NCBI GenBank assembly: GCA_022561775.1
Contig: JADFQO010000010.1
Location: 2,029 to 66,028, forward strand
DNA length: 64,000 nt
Direction: 5' to 3'
DNA from: Myxococcales bacterium
GTDB taxonomy: Bacteria > Myxococcota_A > UBA9160 > SMWR01
Below the pieces are notes generated by a model, which worked only from the letters and a program-made list of their open reading frames with translations, was not told the origin of the DNA and searched no databases. Each line of letters starts with the position of its first letter. Position 1 is the stretch's first letter. Positions 34,920-44,755 of this stretch are shown in pieces. The translations under genes and the position numbers were made by a program.

Positions 34920-36140
34920 TTAGAACAGGCGTCGTTCGATGTACTGATCCACCGTGATGTCGAGCTTCGCGGCTTCCTTCAGGAAGTAGGCGCGCGCGTC
35001 GGCATCGAGGACCTCGGGCGGAAACACACCCTTCTGGCTGACCTCTCCGCTGACGAGCATCTTGGTGAAAAGCGACGCGCTCTGGCCCGTGAGGTAGGAC
35101 TCGTGGCTGATGCGCGCCCTGGCGAACGATTCGCGCAGGCCGGGTACGTTCACGTAGCTGTCGATGCGCACCTTCTCGCCGTCCTTGACGCCGTCGACCC
35201 GAACCAGGAAGGCGCCTTCTTCGACCTCGATGCCCGCGTCGATGACTTCCCTGATTTCCTGTTCGTACTTCGGCGCCGGCGGGGTGAGCTTGGAGATCAG
35301 CCGCATCGGCACGATCGATACGCCGTCGATTTCGACCGGATCGGAAGAGAGCAATCCCATCTCCCAGAAGCGCTTGGCGAGGTCACAACCCGGGCCGCCG
35401 TAGCGGAAGTAGATGTTCTTCGCGCCCTTTAAATACTGATCGGCGAGCAGGCCCATCGTCGCGGTCTCTTCGTGGTGGTGGTCGTACATCAGGCGCTTGC
35501 CGAGCCCGCGGAAGTCCACCCACTCCGGGCGGTTGAACGGCGGCACGATCTTGAATTCGCCGTTCTCGTAGACGACCGGCTCGTCGGCCATGTCCTGAAA
35601 GGCCGTATCCGGCGACCACCAGAACGGAATGAAGCGCGTGGTCCAGACGCCCTCGTAGACGTTGATCTCGATGGTGTCGACGCTGTCGAGTTGCTCGCAG
35701 GCTTCGCGCGTGACGACGTTCGCGACGCCCGGCGCCGAGCCGCAGCCGATCAGAGCGGTCAGACCGGCCTTCTTGAACGCCTCGTCTCGCGCGAGTTGGA
35801 TCCGCACACCGTTGATCCAGTCATCGTTCTCGTCCGCGCACGACGCCATGTCGAGGTAACTCGCGCCCACCTCGAGCGCGGCGTCCATCACGCGCATGTT
35901 GAAGTCCGGCGGCAGGCCGTTGACGATCAGCTCGCAACCCTTCGCGGCCGCGACGATGTTCGCGACCTCACTCGCGTCGACCTGGACGGCCTTCGCCTTC
36001 GAGAGCGCCTTTTCGAGTTCTTCTGCGGCGCGCGTGTCGTAGTCCGCGCAGACGATTTTCTCGACGCGCGACTCTTCCTGCAAGCGTCTGGCGATGGTGC
36101 TTCCCTGGGCGCCCGCGCCCATGATCATGATCTTCCGCAT
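34920..36140 (-). CDS. Saccharopine dehydrogenase-family NAD(P)-binding oxidoreductase
   Basis: MRKIMIMGAGAQGSTIARRL Rossmann N-terminus. The 406-aa length and overall pattern fit saccharopine/carboxynorspermidine dehydrogenase-like enzymes. Confidence 0.75.
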   Translation of the reverse strand: MRKIMIMGAGAQGSTIARRLQEESRVEKIVCADYDTRAAEELEKALSKAKAVQVDASEVANIVAAAKGCELIVNGLPPDFNMRVMDAALEVGASYLDMASCADENDDWINGVRIQLARDEAFKKAGLTALIGCGSAPGVANVVTREACEQLDSVDTIEINVYEGVWTTRFIPFWWSPDTAFQDMADEPVVYENGEFKIVPPFNRPEWVDFRGLGKRLMYDHHHEETATMGLLADQYLKGAKNIYFRYGGPGCDLAKRFWEMGLLSSDPVEIDGVSIVPMRLISKLTPPAPKYEQEIREVIDAGIEVEEGAFLVRVDGVKDGEKVRIDSYVNVPGLRESFARARISHESYLTGQSASLFTKMLVSGEVSQKGVFPPEVLDADARAYFLKEAAKLDITVDQYIERRLF

Positions 36141-36356
36141 TGCTGGCTCCTCGAGATGGGGGTGGATGGATCGCGATCAGCGCCGGAGGGTACAGCGGTG
36201 GGCTCGCGGTGTCTGGTACGACGCGCGCCACTTCCGGGGTGGTCGCGAGGAAGCGGCCGCCACGCCTGCTCGCTTCCAACCCCGGAGGGCCCCCGGCGCG
36301 ACCTCGAGGGATCGGGCCGGCTTCAGTTGAGCCGGGCGCGCACCGATTTCAGCCGT

Positions 36357-36461
36357 ATGAACGTCCAGTCCCTTCGTGTGAAGGTCCAATCGCTTCGTAT
36401 GAACGTCCAATCTCTTCGATGGAACGTCCGGTCTCTTCGTATGAACGTCCAATCTCTTCGA
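36357..36461. repeat. Five tandem copies of a 21-bp unit (ATGAACGTCCAATCTCTTCGW)
   Basis: Units start at 36357, 36378, 36399, 36420 and 36441. Three begin with ATG, one with GTG and one with TGG. All are in frame with the downstream small ORF. Confidence 0.9.
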
Positions 36462-36692
36462 TGCGCGATTGCGACATTGGCCTGCCTGCTGAGCGCCTCG
36501 GCTTGTATTTCGAACGATGGAACTCCGGTCTTCGTCGACTACGGGGCCCTGGAGGTCTGGTCCGGCAAGGGCATGCTCATCGAGGTCTCCCCCGACCAGA
36601 CCCAATGCCGCGTCGTCGTCCGCGACGACGACCTGATCAAACGGGATCGCTGGGTGTCGTGCATCCACGTCCACCCGCGCCGAGAGCGCTGA
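36357..36692 (+). CDS. Small putative lipoprotein whose 5' end is built from the 21-bp repeats
   Basis: (MNVQSLR-like)x5, then [15 protein letters not shown]|ISNDG, a signal/lipobox-like segment, and a 60-aa mature part. The functional start could be any repeat ATG (36357, 36399, 36441). The rest of ORF 35472..36692 is antisense to the dehydrogenase gene. Confidence 0.5.
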   Translation: MNVQSLRVKVQSLRMNVQSLRWNVRSLRMNVQSLRCAIATLACLLSASACISNDGTPVFVDYGALEVWSGKGMLIEVSPDQTQCRVVVRDDDLIKRDRWVSCIHVHPRRER

Positions 36693-36888
36693 GGTCGCGC
36701 CCGCGCGCGACGGGGGTCCGCTGCCGGCCAGCGCCAGCGGGCCCAGAACGCCAGCGGGTACTGGACGATTCAGATGCGGGCGTCTAGTTTCCCGCCGCCC
36801 GATTTGCCCCGATCATTCGCTTTGCGCACCCCCCCGGGGACTGCCCCGTCATCGTGCGCCGCGTCGTCCGGCACGACCCGGACATCGC

Positions 36889-38961
36889 GTGTCCGCTCAT
36901 GGAGACATCCGGTTGATGATTCAAGAAATGGTGGTTCCGATCGCCCTCGTGGCTTCGATACTCGCCCTCGCCACGGGGGCCTGGCTGTTTCGCGCCGTGA
37001 TCGCGGCGCCCACTTCGACCCCACGCGCAGACGAGATTGCCGCCGCGATCCGCGCGGGGGCGTTCGCGTTCTTGAACCGCCAGTACCGCACCGTGGCGAT
37101 GGTCGGGCTGCCGATCCTCTTCCTGCTCGGTGTGACGCTCAACTGGTGGTACGCGGGCGGATTCGCGCTCGGCGCACTGGCCAGTGCGGGGGTCGGTATC
37201 GTGGGCATGAACGTCTCGGTGCGCGCGAACGTGCGCGTCGCACAGGCGGCCAAGAGTGGCTTCAGCCCGGCCTTCAACCTCGCCTTCCAGGGCGGAGCCG
37301 TGACCGGGCTGATGGTGATCGGCGCCGGACTGTCGTCGCTCGTGCTGATCGTCTGGCTGATGCGCTCCACCGGCTACTCGAGTCCGGACGCGCTGATCGG
37401 GCTCGCGTTCGGCGGCTCCCTGATCTCCGTTTTCGCCCGCCTCGGGGGCGGCATCTTCACCAAGGGCGCCGACGTCGGCGCCGACCTGGTGGGGAAGATC
37501 GAGGCCAACATTCCCGAAGACGACCCGCGCAATCCCGCGGTGATCGCCGACAACGTCGGCGACAACGTCGGCGACTGCGCGGGGATGGCGGCCGACCTCT
37601 TCGAGACCTTCTGCGTGACGGCGGCGGCCGCGATGCTGCTCGCCCACATCGTTTTCCCGGCAAACGAGAGCATGTTCCTGTACCCGCTGTTGGTGGGTGC
37701 CGCGGGCATCATCGGAACCCTCGTTTCGCTGCGCTTCGTGACCATCGACGAACCGCTGCCCGGCCAGCAACCCGCCGTGATGCGCGCGATGTACCTCGGC
37801 CTCGGCGTGGCGATCGCCGTGATGATGGGGTTGCTGCTGATCGCGAACCTCAACGTCGATTTTCCCGAGGTGGACGCCCAGGGCGTTTCACTCGGCGGGG
37901 TCAGCCTCTGGTTCTGCGCGGCGGTCGGCGGCGTGGTGACGGCGGCCATGATGTGGATCACCGACGTCTACACGGGCGACGGATCGAAGTTCGTCGACCG
38001 GATCGCCAAGGCGAGCGAAAGCGGTCACGGCACCAACGTGATCAGTGGTCTCGCGGTCGGCATGCAGGCGACGGTCTGGCCGGTGCTCGTGATCGTCGCG
38101 GCGATCGTGACGACCTACTGGCTCTCGGGCCTCTACGGCGTTTCCATCGCGGCGATGAGCATGCTCTCGCTCGCGGGCATGGTGGTTTCGATCGATGCCT
38201 ACGGGCCGATCACCGACAACGCGGGTGGCATCGCCGAGATGGCCAAGCTCGGGGACGAGGTGCGCAATGTCACCGACCCCCTCGACGCGTTTGGCAACAC
38301 CACCAAGGCGGTCACCAAGGGCTACGCGATCGCGTCCGCGGGATTGGCGGCGGTGGTGCTCTTCGCGACCTACATCGCCGAACTCAGGCGGAACGGCGTC
38401 AACGTGGACTTCGATCTCTCGAGCACGCCGGTGTTGGCGGGCCTGTTCATCGGATCGATGATCCCGTTCATCTTCGCGTCGCTCGCGATGAACGCCGTCA
38501 GCGTGGCCGGCGGGAAGGTCGTCGACGAAGTGCGGCGGCAGTTCCGCGAAATCCCCGGAATCATGGAGGGCACGGGCAAGCCCGACTACCGCACCTGTGT
38601 GGATATCGTGACCCAGGAGGCGCTGCGCCTGATGATCGCACCCGCGCTGATTCCCGCGGTGGTTCCGATCCTCGTCGGACTGCTGCTCGGGCCCGCGGCG
38701 CTCGGCGGTCTGTTGATCGGCTCGATCGTCACCGGCGTCTGCGTGGCGCTCTCGATGACCACGGGTGGTGCGGCCTGGGACAACGCCAAGAAACTCATCG
38801 AGATGGGCCAGTACGGCGGCAAGGGCTCGGAGGCCCACAAGGCCGCCATCACCGGCGATACGGTCGGCGATCCCTACAAGGACACCGCGGGACCAGCCAT
38901 CAATCCGATGCTCAAGCTGCTAAACGTCGTCGCGCTGCTGATCATTCCGTTTCTCGGGTAG
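36889..38961 (+). CDS. hppA: Membrane-bound proton-translocating pyrophosphatase, K+-independent type
   Basis: 690 aa, about 16 TM. Motifs [17 protein letters not shown] and [22 protein letters not shown] carries the Lys diagnostic of K+-independent H+-PPases. The start is GTG 36889 or ATG 36916. Confidence 0.95.
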   Translation: MSAHGDIRLMIQEMVVPIALVASILALATGAWLFRAVIAAPTSTPRADEIAAAIRAGAFAFLNRQYRTVAMVGLPILFLLGVTLNWWYAGGFALGALASAGVGIVGMNVSVRANVRVAQAAKSGFSPAFNLAFQGGAVTGLMVIGAGLSSLVLIVWLMRSTGYSSPDALIGLAFGGSLISVFARLGGGIFTKGADVGADLVGKIEANIPEDDPRNPAVIADNVGDNVGDCAGMAADLFETFCVTAAAAMLLAHIVFPANESMFLYPLLVGAAGIIGTLVSLRFVTIDEPLPGQQPAVMRAMYLGLGVAIAVMMGLLLIANLNVDFPEVDAQGVSLGGVSLWFCAAVGGVVTAAMMWITDVYTGDGSKFVDRIAKASESGHGTNVISGLAVGMQATVWPVLVIVAAIVTTYWLSGLYGVSIAAMSMLSLAGMVVSIDAYGPITDNAGGIAEMAKLGDEVRNVTDPLDAFGNTTKAVTKGYAIASAGLAAVVLFATYIAELRRNGVNVDFDLSSTPVLAGLFIGSMIPFIFASLAMNAVSVAGGKVVDEVRRQFREIPGIMEGTGKPDYRTCVDIVTQEALRLMIAPALIPAVVPILVGLLLGPAALGGLLIGSIVTGVCVALSMTTGGAAWDNAKKLIEMGQYGGKGSEAHKAAITGDTVGDPYKDTAGPAINPMLKLLNVVALLIIPFLG

Positions 38962-39192
38962 GATTTACGAAGGGGGCGAGCGCTGGCGGGAGATTCCGGC
39001 CGAGCGTTACTCGAACCGCGGCGTGCGACAGCACTCATCGCGCCGCTCGCGGCTCTGCTTGTATCGATCGCGCTGCTTGCGCCGACCGCTGATCGCGGCA
39101 CGCTGATCGCGCTCTCCGTCGGGCACCTGCTCGGCGACGACCTCGCGCAAGCGTTTCCGGATTCGGGTCCGCCCGCCGATCCGTCGACCTCG

Positions 39193-41310
39193 TTGTTTCG
39201 GTCCCTCGACGCCCTGCTGGCCGATGCGCGCGAGCCGACGCTCGCCGCGAGCGTCCGCCTGGATGGCGTCGCGGCGTGGAATCCGGCGTTCGAGCGCGCG
39301 CTTACTTCCCAGCTGAATCGCTACAGCGAGAAGCGCCGCGCGGGTCGGCTCCGCGTCCAAACGGTGCCCGCCGCCGAGGCGGCGCTGCACCTCGCGCTGG
39401 ATCTGCGCTCTTCCGACGGGCGCGTGTCGATGGCCGCGACCCTTTCCGATGCTGACCGCGTCTTCGAGATCGACCGCACGTCGGGCCGCGTGCTGCCCGG
39501 GCGCGGCGCACTGCTCCCCCCGCTGCTCGCCATCGCAGTCGCGCTCGCCCTGCGCCGCACGCTGCTCGCGCTCTTCGTGGGCATCTACGCGGGCGCGGTG
39601 CTCATCGTGCTCGAACGCGGATCGGGCGTCGCAGCTGCACTCGCGCTGGGTCTCTGGGACGTCTTCGCGGTCTACTTCCGCGCCGAACTCCTCGACACCT
39701 TCCGCGCGGAGATCATCGGATTCATCGTCGCGCTGATCGCGATGATTGGCGTGATCACGCGGGCCGGCGGCGTGCAGGGACTCGTGGAGCGCTGCATGGC
39801 CTTCGTGCGGAGTGTGCGTTCGGCGCTCTTTCTCACCTGGGGGATGGGGCTGCTGATCTTCTTCGACGACTACGCGAACTGCATGCTGGTGGGTTCGACG
39901 ATGCGCCCGCTGACCGACCGCCTGCGGATTTCGCGCGAGAAGCTCGCGTATATCGTCGACAGCACCGCCGCGCCAATCGCGGGGATCTCGCTGCTCTCGA
40001 CCTGGATCGCGTTCGAGGTGTCGGTCTTCAGCGCGCAACTGCCCGGAGTCGGGATCAGCGAGAGCGGCTATGCGTTCTTCCTGCGCGCGCTGCCGTTTCG
40101 CTACTACTGCATCCTGACATTGGTCTTCGTGGCCGCGACGATCGCCAGCGGGCGCGACTTCGGCCCGATGGCGCGGGCCGAGCGACGTGCGCGGCGCGAG
40201 GGATTGTTGGTGGCTGCTGGTAGTCGGCCCGCGGTCTCCGAGCGCCTTTCGACGATGCAGCCCGCCCCCCAGATGCGCGGCGATTGGCGCATCGCGGCTG
40301 CGCCGATCGCGTTCACACTGGTGATGACCGCCGCGCGGATCTTTACGGATGGCGGAGGTATCGCGTTGTTCCAGCGGGACCCCTCCGCGCTGTTCACCCT
40401 GGAGGGGCTCGGTGGCGTCGTACTCGCTGGCGGCGGCGCCGCGCCGATCTTTTTTGGCGCCTGCTCGGGCTTGTCGCTCGCCGTCTACCTGGCCGGCTCG
40501 CCGGCGCTGCGCGCCGCGGTCGCTCTGGGCGTTCTCAGCGCGGCTGGATTTGAAATCTTTGGCAATCCAGTGGCGGCTGCACTGAGTCCAGTTGTCGGCG
40601 AATCGCTCGCCGACTTCCTGGGTTTCGCATTCGTCTTCGCAGCGACGGCCGGACCGGCCGGCTACGCGGTATCGCGCTGGGGGCGCGCAACCGAGCGTCC
40701 GTATCTGGGTGTCGCCGAAATCCGGCGGGCCAGCTTCGGGGGCGCGGGCGCATTGGGTTTTGCGGTCGTGTTGCTATTCGAAGCCTGGATGATCGGCGCG
40801 GTCTGCCGTGACCTCGCGACCGCCGATTATCTGGTCGCGCTGCTATCGGGTTGGTTGCCGCCCGCCTTGTTGCCGCTGCTGCTCTTTGTGGTCGCTTCCG
40901 CGGTGTCCTTCGCGACCGGGTCTTCCTGGTCGACGATGTCGATCCTGTTGCCCAACGTCGTCGCGTTGGCGGCATCGCTCGGCGAACAGACGCAACTCGG
41001 GTTGATCGGCATGGTGGCCATCTCGATCGGCGCCGTGCTCGATGGCGCAATCTTCGGCGATCACTGCTCGCCGATTTCGGATACCACGGTACTTTCGTCC
41101 GTGGCCAGCGGCAGCGATCACCTGGATCACGTGCGCACGCAGATCCCCTACGCGCTCATCACCGCCGCCTTGGCGGTGACCTGTGGCTACCTGCCCTCCG
41201 TGCTGCTCGCCTGGTGGAGCTTTCCGCTCGCGCTCGCGTGCGGGGCGGCGCTCATCGCGGCGCTGCTTCTCGGGCTGGGCCGCAGGCTCCCGGACGCCGT
41301 GCCGGAGTGA
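39193..41310 (+). CDS. NhaC-family Na+/H+ antiporter-like membrane protein with N-terminal extra domain
   Basis: FFDDYANCMLVGSTMRPLTDRLRISREKLAYIVDSTAAP and FGDHCSPISDTT blocks are typical of the NhaC family. About 110 aa precede the first core TM. The reading frame stays open upstream to the hppA stop (see findings). Confidence 0.75.
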   Translation: MFRSLDALLADAREPTLAASVRLDGVAAWNPAFERALTSQLNRYSEKRRAGRLRVQTVPAAEAALHLALDLRSSDGRVSMAATLSDADRVFEIDRTSGRVLPGRGALLPPLLAIAVALALRRTLLALFVGIYAGAVLIVLERGSGVAAALALGLWDVFAVYFRAELLDTFRAEIIGFIVALIAMIGVITRAGGVQGLVERCMAFVRSVRSALFLTWGMGLLIFFDDYANCMLVGSTMRPLTDRLRISREKLAYIVDSTAAPIAGISLLSTWIAFEVSVFSAQLPGVGISESGYAFFLRALPFRYYCILTLVFVAATIASGRDFGPMARAERRARREGLLVAAGSRPAVSERLSTMQPAPQMRGDWRIAAAPIAFTLVMTAARIFTDGGGIALFQRDPSALFTLEGLGGVVLAGGGAAPIFFGACSGLSLAVYLAGSPALRAAVALGVLSAAGFEIFGNPVAAALSPVVGESLADFLGFAFVFAATAGPAGYAVSRWGRATERPYLGVAEIRRASFGGAGALGFAVVLLFEAWMIGAVCRDLATADYLVALLSGWLPPALLPLLLFVVASAVSFATGSSWSTMSILLPNVVALAASLGEQTQLGLIGMVAISIGAVLDGAIFGDHCSPISDTTVLSSVASGSDHLDHVRTQIPYALITAALAVTCGYLPSVLLAWWSFPLALACGAALIAALLLGLGRRLPDAVPE

Positions 41311-41425
41311 CCCTCCGTTGCTTGCCGGAGTCCGATTTCTTCAATAATCTTGCATAATTAGGCCTGGCGTCGCGGAGGCATGGCGACTTTGCTCGGCCTC
41401 CTCTGGCGGTCGTGCAACCGACGCA

Positions 41426-42775
41426 ATGGGAGTCGTGGTAGTGGCAAAAGAGAAAGCGGTGGGCGTCGGCCTGATCGGCTTCGGGACCATCGGGACCGGA
41501 GTGGTCAAGGTATTGGGGCGCAACGCGGACGTGATCGAGCGGCGACTCGGGTTTCCGTTGCGGCTGATTCGGGTGGCCGATCTCGATCTGCAGACGGATC
41601 GCGGCGTCGATCTCGAGGGCGTTCGCTTCGACTCCGACTCCAACGCTCTGATCGAGGATCCGGCGGTCGACATCGTGGTCGAGTTGATCGGCGGCTACGA
41701 GGTTGCGAAGCGCATGATCCTGCGTTCGATCGAAGCGGGGAAGCACGTGGTCACCGCCAACAAGGCGCTGCTCGCCCTGCACGGCAAGGAGATCTTCGAC
41801 GCCGCCCGGAAACGAGGGGTGGATGTCGCTTTCGAGGCGAGCGTGGGTGGCGGTATTCCCATTCTGCGCTCTCTGCGCGAGGGACTCGCCGCCAATCACA
41901 TCGAGAGCGTCTACGGGATCATGAACGGTACGACCAATTACGTTCTCACGCAGATGGAAGCAACGGGAGAGCCTTTCGACGTCGTGGTCAAACGCGCGCA
42001 GGATCTCGGCTATGCAGAAGCGGATCCAAGCTTCGACCTCGACGGTGTGGATGTGGCCCACAAGCTCACCCTGCTCGTCGCGATGGCCTTCGGTGCTGAT
42101 CTCACCTACAAGGAGATCGCGACGGAGGGAATTCGCGGGCTCACACCGATCGACTTTGCGGCCGCGGCGGAGTTCGGGTACCGCATCAAGTTGCTCGGCA
42201 TCGCGAAGGCGCATCGGGGATCCGATGGTGAGGAGTCCATCGAGGTGCGGGTTCATCCGACCCTGATTCCAAGATCGAGCCTGCTCGCGAGTGTTGACGG
42301 TGCCATGAATGCCGTCGTGGTGATTGGGGATGCGGTGGGTCCGACACTATTTTACGGCGCGGGCGCAGGCGAACTGCCGACCGCGAGCGCGGTGGTCGGC
42401 GATCTGATCGAAATCGCGCGCGAAGTGCGTCGCGGAGTCGCCGGCCGGGTCGCTCCGCTTTCCTACCTGCCGCACGAGTTGAATTCCCAGCCGATCCTCC
42501 CGCTCGGAGAGATCGTCGGGCGCACGTATCTGCGATTCTCGGCGTTGGATCGCCCGGGTGCGCTGGCGCACATCACGGGGATTCTCGGCGACCACGAGAT
42601 CGGCATCGAATCCGTGAGCCAGACCGGACAGGGTGGAGACGGCGAGTCCGTCCCGGTCTTGATGCAGACCCATCCTGTGCGGGAATTCGTACTCCGCGAG
42701 GCACTCGACGAGATCGAGCGGCTTTCCGACCTGGCCGCGCCCACCCGCTTGATTCGGATCGAAGAGGGGATGTAG
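41426..42775 (+). CDS. hom: Homoserine dehydrogenase
   Basis: [12 protein letters not shown] Rossmann motif, NGTTNYVLT block, and a C-terminal ACT domain ([21 protein letters not shown]). Confidence 0.93.
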   Translation: MGVVVVAKEKAVGVGLIGFGTIGTGVVKVLGRNADVIERRLGFPLRLIRVADLDLQTDRGVDLEGVRFDSDSNALIEDPAVDIVVELIGGYEVAKRMILRSIEAGKHVVTANKALLALHGKEIFDAARKRGVDVAFEASVGGGIPILRSLREGLAANHIESVYGIMNGTTNYVLTQMEATGEPFDVVVKRAQDLGYAEADPSFDLDGVDVAHKLTLLVAMAFGADLTYKEIATEGIRGLTPIDFAAAAEFGYRIKLLGIAKAHRGSDGEESIEVRVHPTLIPRSSLLASVDGAMNAVVVIGDAVGPTLFYGAGAGELPTASAVVGDLIEIAREVRRGVAGRVAPLSYLPHELNSQPILPLGEIVGRTYLRFSALDRPGALAHITGILGDHEIGIESVSQTGQGGDGESVPVLMQTHPVREFVLREALDEIERLSDLAAPTRLIRIEEGM

Positions 42776-42777
42776 CG

Positions 42778-44130
42778 ATGTCCAAGCGGGCGGCGCCGCG
42801 GGCTTGGTTCCAGAGCATCAGGGATCCGCAGGAACGCTACGAACTCGACGAGATCGTCTACACGGCCAAAGACGGCGCGCTGCTGGAGGTGGTTCACGAC
42901 CTCGACGAACTCCGCAAGAAGTCCGCCCAAGAGTGGAGGGCGCTGTTCGACGCGCGCAGTCACGGTACGGGCTGGCCCTTCGGGTCGGGAGTCTGGGGCA
43001 AGAAGGAATGGGTACTTCCGGACATCGACAACCGCAACGTCGTCTCGATGTACGAGGGCAACTCCAATCTCTTCTGGGCCGAGCGCTACGGCAACCACGA
43101 GCTCGGATTGAGCGATCTCTGGATCAAGCAATGTGGCAACACCCACACCGGTTCGTTCAAGGACCTGGGGATGACGGTGCTCGTCTCGATGGTCAAGGAG
43201 TTGCTGCAGCGGGGAAAGCAGATCCCCGCCGTGGCTTGCGCTTCCACCGGAGACACCTCGGCGGCGCTGGCCGCCTACGCGGCGGCGGCCGGAATACCGG
43301 CGATCGTCTTTCTGCCGAAGGGTAAGGTCTCGATCGCCCAGTTGATCCAACCCGTCGCCAACGGCGCGATCGTCTTCGCACTCGACACCGATTTCGACGG
43401 TTGCATGGAGATCGTGAAAAAGGTTGCGGAGAACGACGGCGTCTATCTCGCAAATTCGATGAACAGCCTGCGGATCGAAGGCCAAAAGACGGTCGGCATC
43501 GAGATCGTCCAGCAGTCCGACTGGAAGGTTCCGGATTGGATCGTGATCCCCGGAGGTAATCTCGGCAACGTTTCGGCTCTCGCCAAGGGCTTCGACATGA
43601 TGCTCGATCTCGGCCTGATCGACCGCAAGCCGCGAATCGTCTGCGCGCAGGCGGAGGCTGCGAACCCGCTCTACCTCTCGTACCAGCGGAATTTCGAGGT
43701 CTTCGAGCCGATCGCGGCGCGTCCGACGCTCGCTTCGGCGATCCAGATCGGCAATCCGGTCTCGATCGAGAAGGCCATCAGCGCACTCCGGCGCTACGAC
43801 GGGGTCGTCGAGCAGGCGAACGAATCGGAGATCGCCGAAGCGTGCGCGCGCGCCGATCGGACGGGTCTGTTCAACTGCCCCCACACGGGCGTCGCGTTGG
43901 CGGCTTTGGAAAAGCTCGTGAAGCGCGGCGTGATCGATCGGGACCAATACGTCGTCGTGGTGTCCACCGCGCACGGACTCAAATTCGTGGATCAGAAGGC
44001 GAAGTATCACCGGATGGAACTCGAGGGGATCGAGTCGATGCACGCAAACCCGCCGATCGAGTTGCCGGCGCGCTACGAGACGGTGCGCGACGAGATGCTT
44101 CGCCAGATCGAGCGGCGTAGCGCGCGCTGA
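42778..44130 (+). CDS. thrC: Threonine synthase (long form)
   Basis: PLP lysine motif [11 protein letters not shown] and ASTGDTSAA. 450 aa, immediately after hom. Confidence 0.95.
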   Translation: MSKRAAPRAWFQSIRDPQERYELDEIVYTAKDGALLEVVHDLDELRKKSAQEWRALFDARSHGTGWPFGSGVWGKKEWVLPDIDNRNVVSMYEGNSNLFWAERYGNHELGLSDLWIKQCGNTHTGSFKDLGMTVLVSMVKELLQRGKQIPAVACASTGDTSAALAAYAAAAGIPAIVFLPKGKVSIAQLIQPVANGAIVFALDTDFDGCMEIVKKVAENDGVYLANSMNSLRIEGQKTVGIEIVQQSDWKVPDWIVIPGGNLGNVSALAKGFDMMLDLGLIDRKPRIVCAQAEAANPLYLSYQRNFEVFEPIAARPTLASAIQIGNPVSIEKAISALRRYDGVVEQANESEIAEACARADRTGLFNCPHTGVALAALEKLVKRGVIDRDQYVVVVSTAHGLKFVDQKAKYHRMELEGIESMHANPPIELPARYETVRDEMLRQIERRSAR

Positions 44131-44137
44131 GGATTCG

Positions 44138-44755
44138 ATGTTTACCGGAATCGTAGAAACCGTCGGAGTCATCGACGCGATCGAGCCGGGCAATGATCTG
44201 ACGCGGCTGGTGGTAGACGCCGAGTCGATCGCCGCCGGGGTCGAACCCGGCGACAGCGTCGCCGTCAACGGGGGGTGTCTCACCGTGACCTCGATTCGTG
44301 ACGGCCGCCTTTCTTTCGAGGCCATCCGGGAGACGATGGAGCGTACTTCTCTCGGGGATCTGAAGGTCGGTGCGCGGGTCAATCTGGAGCGCGCGATGCG
44401 CGCTGGGGATCGACTCGATGGACATATCGTTCAGGGGCACGTAGACGGCGTCGGAACGGTTCGCCGGATGACCAGGAACGGCAACGACGTGAGGCTTCAG
44501 ATCGACTGCGACCCGGAATTGGCCGAATGCGTGGTCGAGAAGGGTTCGATTTCCGTCGACGGTGTATCCCTGACCGTCGCAGCGCTGTTGCCGTCGGGAT
44601 TCGAGGTTGCGCTGATTCCCCACACCCTGGACGTCACGACCCTGCGCGACCGCCAGCCCCATGACCGGGTAAATCTGGAAGTGGACGTGTTGGGAAAGTA
44701 CGTGAAGCGCTACCTCGAGCGGGTGCTTTCGACGAATGACAAAGCGGCTCGTTAG
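44138..44755 (+). CDS. ribE: Riboflavin synthase alpha chain
   Basis: MFTGIVETVG... with the duplicated barrel pattern (VAVNGGCLTV / ISVDGVSLTV). Confidence 0.93.
   Translation: MFTGIVETVGVIDAIEPGNDLTRLVVDAESIAAGVEPGDSVAVNGGCLTVTSIRDGRLSFEAIRETMERTSLGDLKVGARVNLERAMRAGDRLDGHIVQGHVDGVGTVRRMTRNGNDVRLQIDCDPELAECVVEKGSISVDGVSLTVAALLPSGFEVALIPHTLDVTTLRDRQPHDRVNLEVDVLGKYVKRYLERVLSTNDKAAR

Noticed and set aside
35472-36356. The upstream 295 codons of the 406-aa ORF 35472-36692
   Set aside because: This portion is antisense to the well-supported saccharopine-dehydrogenase-family gene. Only the 3' part from the 21-bp repeats onward looks like a genuine small gene.
44130-44138. FMN riboswitch upstream of ribE
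   Set aside because: Only 7 nt separate thrC and ribE, so there is no room for a leader RNA.
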